This document shows, one piece after another, positions 23,263 through 36,400 of a stretch of 64,000 nucleotides of DNA. The stretch is taken from NCBI GenBank assembly GCA_002633005.1, contig NMRA01000197.1:231351-295350 (forward strand). Direction: 5' to 3'. A program made the position numbers and the translations under genes. The stretch is from Phoronis australis. Its lineage: Eukaryota > Animalia > Phoronida. Position 1 is the first letter of the stretch. The number at the start of each line of letters is the position of its first letter. A model generated the notes under the pieces. The model did not search any database, was not told the origin of the DNA, and was given only the letters and a program-made list of their open reading frames with translations.

Positions 23263-23417
23263 TAGGTCCTGGAATAACCCATGACAAAAAAGACTGAGGA
23301 AAATTTTTCAGGTAGTGCATCCTTCTACAAATAAATGCTAGGAAACTGGAAATCAAGTTAGAGGAAATTGAAACCAAAAGAGGAAATCCTCTTATAAGAG
23401 GAAAATTCCAAGCCGTG
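23263..23417. mobile_element. Short MITE of the CAGGGCTTGGAAT family, 6-bp TSD TAGAAA
   Basis: TAGAAA|TAGGTCCTGGAATAACCCATGACAAAAAA ... GGAAAATTCCAAGCCGTG|TAGAAA. Confidence 0.7.
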
Positions 23418-26322
23418 TAGAAAGTGATCAAAATTAAAGAAAAATACATCTCCAGTAAAATGACACTGGCCTGGACATGACTAGGCCTAATTTCACCTTT
23501 ACAAAGGTTGGCACCCAATTGTATTGTTTCACAAACAATGTTTGCAATGTCAGGAAAGCATTCAGCTGTAGCCATAGTTATAAGAAGGAATCTCTTATGC
23601 AATATCAATTATTGACATGGTTGCTGAGGTTTTTGTCAACATGGCAAAACTTTTTTGTGACAAGATTCTCGAGGCGCATACCATCAGATCACAAGACCTT
23701 GCCAGAGCCTCACTGTGAGCAATGGCAGAATTGAACCCAGTAATTTGCAATACCCTGCAATAAACTATTGTTTGTCAAACTGTGGAATATTGTTCTGCTT
23801 CTATTTGATTACCCTAATGAATTCCTAGTAATTTCTTGCCAATGGAAGTATTTTATTATATTATACAGACATCACAACAAGAATAAGTATTATGTATTAA
23901 ATCTGATTCATTTACAGTAATCGGCTTTTTCAAAATCTCCCAATGAAAAAACTTTTCTTTTCTGTCTACTCTAGTACATTTCAGGGAACACAAATTGCAA
24001 AAACAAATCAAGCAAAACACTTCAGATGGTCGATACTTTGTAACAAGAAATAACACGCCGTAACAAACACCATCAATCTTTGCCTTTCAAACATGCTCTT
24101 TTCAGCAAATTTAAAACTTCTCATATACAAGTTCTAAATAAGATGAAATCATTAATTATCATTAAGCAACATACACTGTTCTGACAAACCTTTTTATACA
24201 GACAGGTAAGCTCGCATACAGAAGTTTTCAAAATAAATTGTTCAGCATCAAAATTCGACAAAGTTTCCACGCACAAAACCACAACTAAACACACACTTCT
24301 TTTTGACTAGAACACAATTCAATTCCGGTAAGTTCTTCACAAAACCTTTGTAGAAATCAGAGACTTGCCTTACAAGCCCAGGTCGCAAATAAACATCTTA
24401 ATGGCAAGCTGCAATAACCGGCATTAAAATTCGAGGCAAATGCCATCTTGTGACACATATTTGACTACATTGCCAAATAATTCTGTTGAGAAGTTAGTCC
24501 CAAGTTTGACAATCTGACATAATTCTATTTTGAAAACTACTGTACAAGGTCTAAATAGGTACACTATGTACTACACTGAAGTGCAAGCCTAGGATATACA
24601 AGCTGGATTAGAAAGCACATCACTAGAACAAGGCAGATACAGTGCAAGACAAAATCAATCGGACAAAACACCGTTTTCACATCATGACAGTTAATTCTGT
24701 TGGAATAACAATAAGGGTGTTAAATTCTAATTACAAAACGGATTAGTCACCTTAATAACTTTCCTGGCAATTCCCCTTCATTCTCAGTAATGTCACATGA
24801 CTACTCTGACGATTAATTTGGCTTCCGACCAGCCATCACGACATGTCATTTTGTCTGAATACCTTTGGCTGGTATTGTAACCAATTAAGTCTGTTATCCA
24901 TTTTGGACAAAGGAGCATGGTAAATGGACGTAGGGGCATGGTAAATGCATGCAAAGCATGAGCGGAGACAAAGCTTCAAGTTATACAAAAAAAATTGCAA
25001 ACAATTGTCCAAGAAAATGAAAAAGCATGTTTATACAGCTGTTGTATGTTACAATGTAATGTAGGACTTCCTCAGCTAATCTTGCACTATAGTCTGAAGA
25101 AGTGTGCAAGAGGGTATGTCTTTAGTACAATAACACCAAATATGTACAAAGTATTTATAGACACTATACATGAAGAGTCATCATAAATACATGTCAACAC
25201 ATTGTTAATTAAACGACATTTAACAAAAACATTACTTCACAAGGTTGCCCATGAATGATATAGATAAGACTATTGGACGAAACAGTACTTGTCCTCTTGT
25301 CCATCCTATTCAGGCATTGTTCCACCGCCCAATGGCTATAAATCCACCTTCCATCACAAAAATGTTGAATCAGACTACTTAGTGTGAACATTCGTCTCAA
25401 ATTGTTCCTTTAGTTAAATTAGAGGTGATTTTCAGTTTGGAAAAACTGACACTTTTTAGCAAAGACCAGGCTCTATGTACAAGTTGTCAGGTCATGGCCG
25501 GTCATTTAAAACACTGAGCATGGTTTCGAGCAATATCCAACAACCTGTGTTTTACAGGCTCAGAAACAACTCGAGATCCATTTTGTAACATTAAGTGGAG
25601 TACATAAAAGTTGTCGATTTGACAGGACTTAGGTTTATAAGGGTTTGAAATGTATATAGGTTTATAAGGGTTTGAAGTGTATATAGGTTACAAAGCAGTT
25701 GTATGATGGAACCACAAGACACCAGCAACCTCGAGTTATTCAAGACTGTATTGTATTGTTATTGTATTGTTATTGTATTGTATTGTATTGGACAGTTCTT
25801 GCTGAAAATACTTTATAGCAGATCCTATTATTTACACATAAGTCCACAATCGTGTTCAACCAAATGTTTCATCACAATTATGGAACACAAGCATTATACA
25901 ATTGCAAATTTTCACCTCTCCAGCCTTTGTTGTGAACATGCATTGACAAAAGACCCTAGTTATGAATAATTAGCTTATTCAACAACCTGTTAGACCAAAA
26001 GAAATGTCATGATTGTATCTGGTCTGTGCCTGAGTCATGTGGATCACGACCCATTTCAGCTTGCATCAGGCAGTTCTTTCTTTTTGAAAATATGGACAAT
26101 ATTACCACATCGATTTTACAAAAACAGACCAGAATCAATTATGCTATATTCGGCTTTGTCTCCATGTGGATGAGTACACACCATGTGGATGAGTACACAC
26201 CATGTGCACATCACAGAGTTGTAACTGGAGCACAGTATCACTGCTTGAAGTATTGAGAAAGAGTGTACACTACACATGAACCCTCATTTCAAGCAATGCT
26301 ATAACACTGCTCTCTACACTAC

Positions 26323-26540
26323 AGATCTCTGATCAAATAATCCGCTAGTATCGACTTAAATATGGATCTCTGGTCAAAAAATCCCAATACCATCCACTTG
26401 CACATGGATCTCTGGTCAAATTATCCTCTACAATCAACTTACACATGGGTCTCTGGGGTCAAATATTCTCCTACCATCCACTTAAACATGAATCTCTGGT
26501 CAAATAATCCCCTACCATCGACTTATACAAGGATCTCTGA
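26323..26540 (+). repeat. Degenerate tandem repeat of about 42 bp, about 5 copies (putative DNAJA2 3' UTR region)
   Basis: GATCTCTGGTCAAATAATCCCCTACCATCGACTT-like units; a further copy near 26925. Confidence 0.8.
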
Positions 26541-27260
26541 CAGGGATATTCCTGGACCACGGCTTTGTGCCATCAGCACATAAAAAATAAAAAGGCACAA
26601 GTACATTGCAGCAGCACAACACCCAGGTGCATCTCTTAAACGCAACACTTCCAAAATGCAAGATTCTAGTCAACTTACAGCCGTGTGTTCTTATTTCGCC
26701 AAAGCTGCGCAGTCAGTTTGAAGTCTTTGTCAGATTGCCGTTTTGTATGGAATTTTTAAATGAACATACCAAGTAATTGTTTTGGTTGCCATTGGAGTTT
26801 CTGTTTCATATTTTACCACTTTAATAAAACTAAGTCTGCTGGGTAAAACTTTTTGAAAAAGGCACACTTTTTATCATCAGGTGTGGCTAAAGGGCACAGC
26901 TTCAAACCTGGTCAGGAATATCCCTGCTCTGGTCAAATAATTCCTTACCATTGACTTATACAAGAGGTAAACCATCCTCTGCATAGTTTTAAATTCTTCA
27001 TTAGCTAAACTGATGGTTAAATTATAAAGGGGACATTGTACGTGCAATGGATTGTGGTTAATTGAGACAAAAAAGCTAACAAAGCAAATAAAACTTCGAG
27101 TCACCAGAATGCCAAATATCCCATCAACCAGTAATTCTGGTTGTGTGATTATTTACCAGGACACAAAACAAAATTCCTCAAATTTAAAATTGTGTAACGG
27201 TGTGCTAGAGGGCAAATCTGTGAAATGGTTGAGAGATGTCACCAACGTGAGCAAGCAGTG

Positions 27261-27449
27261 TTACTGGTGCGCACACTGCATGTGTGGTCCAGCACCACGT
27301 TCGTCGTCATCATCGTCGTCTTCATGATAGGCCTCACGTCGGCCGTACTCCCCGCTGGTGGCCGTCAGCTCCGTCATGCGTACTTCGTCCACGTGGTCTC
27401 CAGTGGGCATAGTGAATGGGGGTCTCTTTGGTAACAGTGTCTCTAATTG
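27261..27449 (-). CDS. DNAJA2: DNAJA2 last coding exon
   Basis: tttcag|CAA; [25 protein letters not shown]...[21 protein letters not shown]. Confidence 0.94.
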   Translation of the reverse strand, partial: QLETLLPKRPPFTMPTGDHVDEVRMTELTATSGEYGRREAYHEDDDDDDERGAGPHMQCAHQ

Positions 27450-30400
27450 CTGAAACAGGAGACCGCAAACAATAAACGAGGTGCCCCAATTTGAACAGGG
27501 ATCAAGGCTTACAGGTCCCAGCGGAGTACGACCTAATTTTAGAACCAGATCAACCTGACACAGGAAATCCAGTTAGTAAACAAGGCTCTTAGAGAGAGTG
27601 CGGAAACTTCTGACTCACCAGACTTGCAATGCTTTTCAGTAAAGTGATTTATCTATTCAACAAATGCTCATAATTCTGTTCTTTACAGTGACTCCTGCAC
27701 AACGCATTGTTAACAATGACTAAAGCTGCATTTCCTACAGACTGACTAGATAAACGTTTATAATCCAGTTAATAGGCATTTTACTTTGAATTCATAAATT
27801 GGTCACATAACAATGCTTACTGCAGTTACCAGCAACAACATTGAAACCACCAGCAACTCAAGAAAATGCTTGAGAGTTTATTGGGTTGGGCCAACATTAA
27901 AATAATGTAAATTTGAATATGGCGTAAGTACGCATAGCAGTTGACTCGAGTTGGTAACAGAAATGGCAATCTACCATGGTAAGGAATATTATGGGACTAG
28001 TTTTGTGAAAAGGCTTATTCGATTTTTGATTTTAACCAGGGCGACAATATTTGGTTTTGTATTGGTTTTGATGAGCAAATTTAAAAAATACCTTTATGGT
28101 ACACTTAAAACCCAGAGAAAGTATAAAATTTTTGAAAGTAGAATTTAATTGAAGACCATATAACTCGTCCATTTATTGAGTCACATGAGGTATCTTTTTT
28201 ACTAAAATTAAGTCAAAATGAAAGCTAGTTTCAATAACTAAACGTCTTTTAACTCTTCACTCAGAAAGGCGGTAAGAATTATTTTGTAGACTAATGCACA
28301 GTATCTTAATGTTTCAGTAGACTCTGGTCAGACATTACAGAGATATGACGACTCAAGGGTTACCCAAATACAGTACAACCTATCAGCCTGCCATTATCTA
28401 GAAAAAGAAAACGCAAGACGAAATGAATCAAGTGACATACCTTTAACCGGCTCTCATCAGAAAACTGTTGTTCTGGGAATACAATTTCAAACTGAATGTG
28501 CAAATTTCCCCGTTCAAACGGGTTCTTGTAATGAGGCATACCCTCTCCTATGACTGTCCTCTTACCACCTGAAACAAATAAAAACACGCCATGCAGCATG
28601 AACATGGAAACAGATTCAAAGTGTTACGAGGTTAATGCTCGATTCAACATTTAATGAGATCATGATCTTAATACACTGATATCAGCGTACTAGCTTGGCC
28701 TCTATTAATACACTGATATCAGCGTACCAGCTTGGCCTCTATTAATACACTGATATCAGCGTACTAGCTTGGCCTCTATTAATACACTGATATCAGCATA
28801 CCAGCTTGGCCTCTATTAATACACTGATATCAGCGTACCAGCTTGGCCTCTATTAATACACTGATATCAGCGTACCAGCTTGGCCTCTATTTTGTTGCAA
28901 TAATGAGCTCAACTGGAAACGCTTGGACAACTACATTTCAGCGACCCCAAAATGCATTTACGACGCATCTACACAAGAGGCGACAGAGCTGGGTCATGCA
29001 AAAACTTCACATTACGGACAGAACCACTATGGTTGGCGTCAGATACCAAAATTATCGGTCAACACTGACACGTGACGTGATGCTAGTGTATGTAACTAGG
29101 GTAGACATAACCAACTGTCTAATGAAGTGTTTGGTCATTGAGATCCTGTAACAACTATAGACAAACTTGGCTTGAAGCATTGCTAGTTGAGGTGTTCAAA
29201 CAAAACATGGATGTTAGTCCCAGTAAACAAAGCTAGATTTACCGCTTGCTGAGTGGGCAGTTCAAACAGATAGTAACTGTACTTCCTGTAAACAACCCAG
29301 GCTCTACTGCTTGCCACAACAAGTGTTAGACCATACAGAGATGGTAGCCCAGGTAGACCTACCTGGCTCTATCACCTGCCCAGCGGGATGCTTGATTACG
29401 AGTTGCCTTTTGTCCAGGTGAGTCAGGATGAACTGGAAGCCACAGAGAGCCTCGGCTAGGCCAATCTTGTGTGTACAGTACAAGTCATCTCCCTTGCGTG
29501 TAAACAGGTTGTGTTCCTTCTGCTGCAGAACAATCACTACATCACCGGCCTCAACTCCGGGCTGCAAAGAAATATTACGATAAACTGGTGTCACCAGAAT
29601 TATTCGCTTGTTTGGTGTACGGTCAGTTGGACATTTTGGAACTAGTCAAATAAAATTAAAATGCCAACATAAAAAACAATAATTAGGCCATATTCATGTA
29701 GCACACTTTCCTATGAACCCGGTCAAACTTAATCCTTCTCAACTCCCTGGGAGCATACATGGGTGCAACTGTTGTCTGAGTACAGATTAATCCAAACACA
29801 TTTTAAAAAAAAAATTCACGCACTAAACTGCCCCCGTGGTTGCCTGAATCACAAAAAATCCAACATTTGAAAAGTTTTTGAAATTGCTTAGTGACAGTGC
29901 ATTTCTATTTGTAACTTTGGGTCTACATCGTGTCATAATAGTGGCAGATACATCATGTCATAATAGTGGCAGACACATCATCATTATACTTCCCAATAAC
30001 ACCAAGGCATGTCACCACCAAACTTTACTCCAAAGTCAGCTAATAATATACAAAACATAAACTTGCACACTTTGAGTAAACCTTTAAATCTTGTGCGATT
30101 TGTGATGAGCATAACGTTCCAGTGCACTCTGGAGTAATTATGATGTCACAGATCTTGTTTGTACAATATTGAACAAGAGCAACGCGGAGTGTTGAAATGC
30201 GCTCACGAATGCATTGCAAATGGTGTGCTTTTAGGGTTATTTATTTGTATCATAAAAATGGTCACTAGATGGCACAAAAACATACAATCCATCCAAAAAG
30301 AGGAACATGCCATGTTTCATAAAAATCTGTCAAGGAACTTCAGAGAAACAAAGGAAAACAGAATAAAATGAAATTGCCACCACTGGGCACAGTGTCCGTT

Positions 30401-33400
30401 GGATCCGCCTGAAAGTTGTCGTCTGTTGTTATCTTCGTGTAAATGCACTTACTAAATTTAGTAAAGATCTTGTAGTGGGTTTAGGAGATACAACTATGGG
30501 CGCAAAACAAAACTACCACTAGGAGGCGAAACAGTAGTCAGTCACCATAATCAAAGGTGGTCTTCACACTGAGAACATANNNNNNNNNNNNNNNNNNNNN
30601 NNNNNNNNNNNNNNNNNNNNNNNNNNNNNNNNNNNNNNNNNNNNNNNNNNNNNNNNNNNNNNNNNNNNNNNNNNNNNNNNNNNNNNNNNNNNNNNNATCC
30701 GTTCAAGACTTTTGAAGATACAAAGGTAAGCGTAAAAAACTAAAATTGCCACTAGGGGGCACACCGGTACTCGGATCCGTCCGAAAGTTTGCTCATGCCG
30801 TCCTATTCATGAATGGAACATATGTGCCAAATTTCATGAACGTATGTCAAAGGGTTTTGGATATAGCCCAGCGGACGCCGGACAAACGGACGCCGCCCGC
30901 CCGGACGGACGGAGATGACTGCATAATGCGTACACATATAAATATGTGAGCGCATAAAAAGCAATATGGCCTTGAAGACAGATCATGTGTCATTAGAGTA
31001 ACTTTCTCTAAAATTTCTTAATCAACCAATAAATACGTGTATATTTGCACACAAACCAATGGAACGTTGACCACTGCACTATACTCAAATGTCTATTAAT
31101 CTCAAAAGGAGAAAAGGTCAGTGGACAGATGGCAGCTAGTCGACAACTCGAAGCGCACAACTACACTCGCTGCTAGCACTCCCATATCACATATTGATGA
31201 TCCCTCACTTCTGAATGGAATCTTCCAGCTCTCTTTCATCCCCTTGCCATATGCCCCCCCCAAGTCACCCCACACTCACTGTCTGATCCCCCTCGCCTCT
31301 GAATGGAATCTTCTGGTTCTCCTTCATCCCTTTGTCTATGTGCACCTCCAGCACTTTGGTCTCGTTAGTGATCTTCTTCCCCTTACATTCCTTACACCTG
31401 TCCTTCTCGTTAATTATTTCACCTGCATTGTAAATAGACAGTGATCTATCAGTGACATACTGCATTGTAAATAGACAGTGACTTATCAGTGACACACTGG
31501 TAACACTATTATGGAGTTTCCCCAATGGCAATCCAAATATTCAACAGCACGGTTATTAAAGACATAATCAGTAACATCTCAGTTTCAAAATATCATTTTC
31601 CCATTGTGACCAGTCATTCAGTCAATGAAGTATTGCGCTTGCGTATAGCCATCACATGTCATTTTTGTCTCCTTATTTTTAGCACAAACTTTGTAGCAAA
31701 AAATTAGCCACAGAAGTATTCTATGAAGTACGTGCAACATCTGGTGTACTGGTCATGTTAAAAATTTCAAGAAATTCACAAATATTAGGGTCGTTGCATA
31801 CGACACAGCAGTGGTTATGCATAATCAGAATATCTGTTTACACATCCTTTGTTGGGACAAGTTAGTGTTAACACATCTCCAGCAACAATGATAACTATCA
31901 TGGTGGACTATGTTTTCCATGTGGAGTCAAAGTTGTGCAAAGAGCAAGGGTGGACGTTTGATTGTCCACGTCTCGCAGGATATGTGCTTGCATGAACTCC
32001 CCGTAAAGTTATTCTTGAAACAAAATAATAAGTCCTGTCACATTTCAGCTGACTCCAGTTAGAGTTGTATACAGAGCATCACTGGGTTCGGGTAAGCAGT
32101 GCCATGAAGTCACGGCTGTGTAAACATTGGGCACTGATAACCTTCAAATTCATACAGCGATACATACACGGCGCACTCTCACCCTGACACACTGCATCGG
32201 TTATAGCATGCCTGATCGTAACTGTCGTAATATGACGTAGTTATAAGAAAACACAATGTGACTCACCTGCGCCGTGACATATGGGACATACAGACTGCAT
32301 CTGTTGCAGCATGCCAGGCCCCAGTTGTCGTAGTGTAACCTTGACACCACTTCCATTACATCCATGGCACTGGTTCATGGCGCCTGGCTTACCACCCTCT
32401 CTGGAAACATCATGCAACATTCTCTTGTTCAGTGGATATTGGGATGCTTACAGTTACCATCACTTTTAGTGACAATATTGTCATCATTCAAAGAGCATGC
32501 GGTCAGCCTCGACTTTTACAATGCACTACTATCCAAAAATAACCAGACAAAATGATCGGCAATTCCTCGTCATGAGGGCTGAGCACAAGCATAATTCATC
32601 ACCAGAGTACACTGCTAGGTGAGATGGTATTTTGTCCAGTTACTTTTGGAGTGTACTGTAGATGAACTAAAAATTATACAATATTTAAGACAATGGTTAA
32701 ACATTACAAAGCTGAACAGAAAATTACAAGAAAGGTTAATAGTTACCGACAGAGGTCCCACATTTAGAAAGCCACTTTTCCGCACTGAATAACACGCACC
32801 AAATTGGCTCCCAAAATGCTAAACCTCTGTTACTGTTGCCCAAGAAACTTTAATCCTAGCAAAGGTTATGTTTAAATTAGCAAAGGATATATTTAAAATA
32901 TTCCTACATTTCTAACGATGACGCACAATACAACATAAACTTTATCTAGATACATCTACTAGGCAGTTTTAATACCACCACCACTGAGGACTCAAAATAG
33001 ATCCCCTAAGCAGGGTCGAGGGTCGACCTCTCAGAAGTCACCACCTTGTTGACAGTGACCTCTGGTTACCAATCAATGAAAGGAGAGACATGTCAACATA
33101 CCCATTACACTTTTTGCAAATTACTGTTTTGCTCAACTGCAGCTTTGACGTTTTCCCATTATAAAGATCTTCTAGAGATACTCTGAAAGAGATGATGGTA
33201 GACACATCAAAGCACAAGTGAAAATACACAGGAGACAAATGGTTACTTGAAATGATAACAATTTTGTATGTCAGTTTTCTTTGACATAGATTACTGTATT
33301 CGCCCTAATAAGTGCCCAGGGCGCTTAGAAAAATTCACTTCAGGAAAGGGGACGCTTATTATAGCCCAAAAGTGGTCGAAGCCCGGTCTCTGAAACAGGT

Positions 33401-36400
33401 GAAATCGTAAGCTAGAATTCATCAAATTTACGCCCTGTGACTCATCTATAACCTATGACAGAGTTTCTACAAAATTGTGGTATGTTGTTATCGTTGTTAA
33501 ATTACGATCATTTTTCAGGAAATTGTACTGAAATCCCAGGACGAAATCTCGCCAACTGATGCATCGTTGCTTTGCGATCACCGATCGGTCAACTTGAATA
33601 CTTGAGTAAAAATAGTTTCGATTCATCAAATTACCTGAAGTCCTCCAAATAAAAGTTTTCCAAATAGCGTCCGTATCATTTTTAAGTTCCCGTGGAGTCG
33701 AGATTAAAGCATATTAAGTCCAAATCTGTGCTAGAGCGTACGCCGCAACAAAAGAAAAATATCTGAACGCACACATGTTGTTGTCCCGTGATGTTTGTTT
33801 TTTAAGTTTGTCTGCGTATTGTGTGAGTGATCGAACGCGTGCCTGTCATCAGAGTTCATTTGCTAGAGTAAACGCGATGTAACGATCTAGGCGTTCATTG
33901 TAACTAAGGAAATAAACACAAGCAGTAAAGGTAGAAAGTTATTTTATTTAACACTTGTTGATCTCATCTGCTAAAAAACATTCGAGAATTTTCTCGGTAA
34001 GGCCGATGTCATTGAGTCGCCGGGTGACTGGATGCGTGACAGTCGAACAGTTATTTTTCGGGAGATCCGGGAGGTGTAAGGGTGCGGAAGTGTTCACTAC
34101 AGTGAGTCATTTTGACTTTAAAAACACAATTACAACTAATTTAATAATTCCCCCTTAAAAACAATGCAAACGTTTTTTACAGCATTAAACGTAGAAAATA
34201 AATCTGAAACTAAATAAGGCGATCCAGATCCTCCCAAGGATACTATTGTTTCACGAAATGTAGAATATAACAGGGCTTGGAATGACCCATGACAAAAAAA
34301 GAGGAAAATTTTACGGCCCTAAATACACGTTTCAATCTAAACCATACCTCAACAGATCGAAAGTTACTGTGTCGTGTTGGCAAAACGCACTCATCTTAAG
34401 CAGTACCTGACATCTATTTCAGCAACAACAATGAAGGCAATTAGATGCAACAAAAAATATTTTTTAAAATTAAAATAACGATAATGATGAAAAATTTGCA
34501 GTCTTAGTGGCAGGAGCTTATTCTTGATTTGTTGCACTGAGGGGGACCAATAAAATTATTTTCAGTTCTTATAATTACGATACAAAATTACACAAAAAAT
34601 GAAAATCAATCCATAGATTATCTAGAAAGCCTGAAATACATACACGTTTAATTCCAACACAAACTTTATTAATTTCAATGCAAATGAAAAAAATTCAAGA
34701 CGAAAACCTGTGGCTCATACTCCAACTGTTAGTATAGAAAAATGAAAGTAAAAAACAACATAGTTTATAGAATGTATCATTCACAATCCTAAGTTGGCCA
34801 AACAGTAATTACAGGAGTTAATTGTTCATAAGCCACGCTGGTGGAGAAGAAACTATGTGACATAAGAAATATCTATCAGCGAGGACATTGAAAATAGTCT
34901 GGCAGAATTTGTAAACAATGGCTTAGACCAATCAGATCATTCAGAATCTGTCACGTGATCACTTCTCTAAAACTGCAAAACACGAGTCACAAAATAGAAC
35001 ACGAAAAATGTCAAAATAAATTGAAATACATAAAAGGCAATTTAAACGCATTTGCAGTAACGAAAATAGCACTTTGTATCCCGTTTCGGCGGCACATAGA
35101 AAATCGCACTCAAGCGGTCAGGCCTAGGCTTAGGCTTAGGGGCTTAGCAGCCAACGGCAATGGGCGTGCATGTGGGATCAAACAAAAGAATTTCATACAT
35201 CACTCACATCATACGATTCCAATCCAACGAATAACCGGTTACGGTTGAATTTCCTTTCAGGAAGCGTTATTTCTAGTGTTTCATCGTTTTCAGTCGGTCC
35301 TAAGACTCCAACTCAGTCCGAGGCGACTCGCCCACGCACTCCGTAATTGTTCCTCTCTCAAAGTTTACAGAACACAAACCTTGACTTATGTTGTTTGTGA
35401 AGACATTGACCGTTTTTTTTTATCCTCTTTTCCACGAAATATTCTGTCTACTCCATGCTCCACGCATTTTTGACCGCAGAATCGCACTATTTGTCGCCGC
35501 GATTTTATACCAAATGCAGACGCCATTGATGAGCCACGCTATCCCTGAGACACAGGCGCTTGAATTTATCTGTTCTTCGATTGCCTCTGACGTCACTCAC
35601 TACTAAGAAAGCATGTTTCTTGAATATGGTTACGAGTCATCGCGAAATTCGAGCGCCTGTGATCCACAATTACAATTTTCGTTCCTCCGAAACATAGAGA
35701 ACAGTTTCCGCTTTTCAAGCAGTTTATAATGTTATGGCAAATCCGATTTTTTCTGCGGAAGTATAACGAAAATACGCGGAGGGAATAAAAGAAAAAAGCG
35801 GAAATCCGCGTTTCTGCGGAAAATTCCAAGCCTTGATATAAATAGGTAAATAAAACAACTTTATTTCTGTTTCTGACGAAGGACATTATTATATCCGAAA
35901 ATTTCAATTGATCCATTCTTGTTGTTTTATTTACTTATTTATATTCTACATTACGGTATTAGAAACTTTCGGAAATAAGTGCCATTATTTATTTCTTGCC
36001 GATGCTATGCTAACCGTTTCATGAATAGATAGTTCCCAAAGAATAATCATTGATGACAGGTACTTGAATGTAGCGCGCGCTTCCTGGCCACGTGCTTTGA
36101 ACTGAACAAAGGTCAAGTTAGTCTTTGATTCGCGCTTGCGTTCTTTTTGAAGCACGGAAGTTGGAAATGTATAGTCACGGCTAAATACCGACACAGCGGC
36201 GAGGCTCGTGGTCTACAAATTCCGTGCACAATGATTTTTTCAGGATTGTCGGATCTTATTGATTAATTGAAGACGTTACTGTAGAATTTTCGAACTGTAG
36301 GTAAGGCATTTTCGCATGTACATGGTGTTCATGGACTGGGCGCTTATTTTAGCAAAGTCTGAAAATGCGTGGGGGGCGCTTATAGGGGCATGGGCGCTTA

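Noticed and set aside
35121-35148. TTAGGC/TTAGGG telomere-like run
   Set aside because: Only about 4 imperfect units inside a transposon; too short to call an interstitial telomere.
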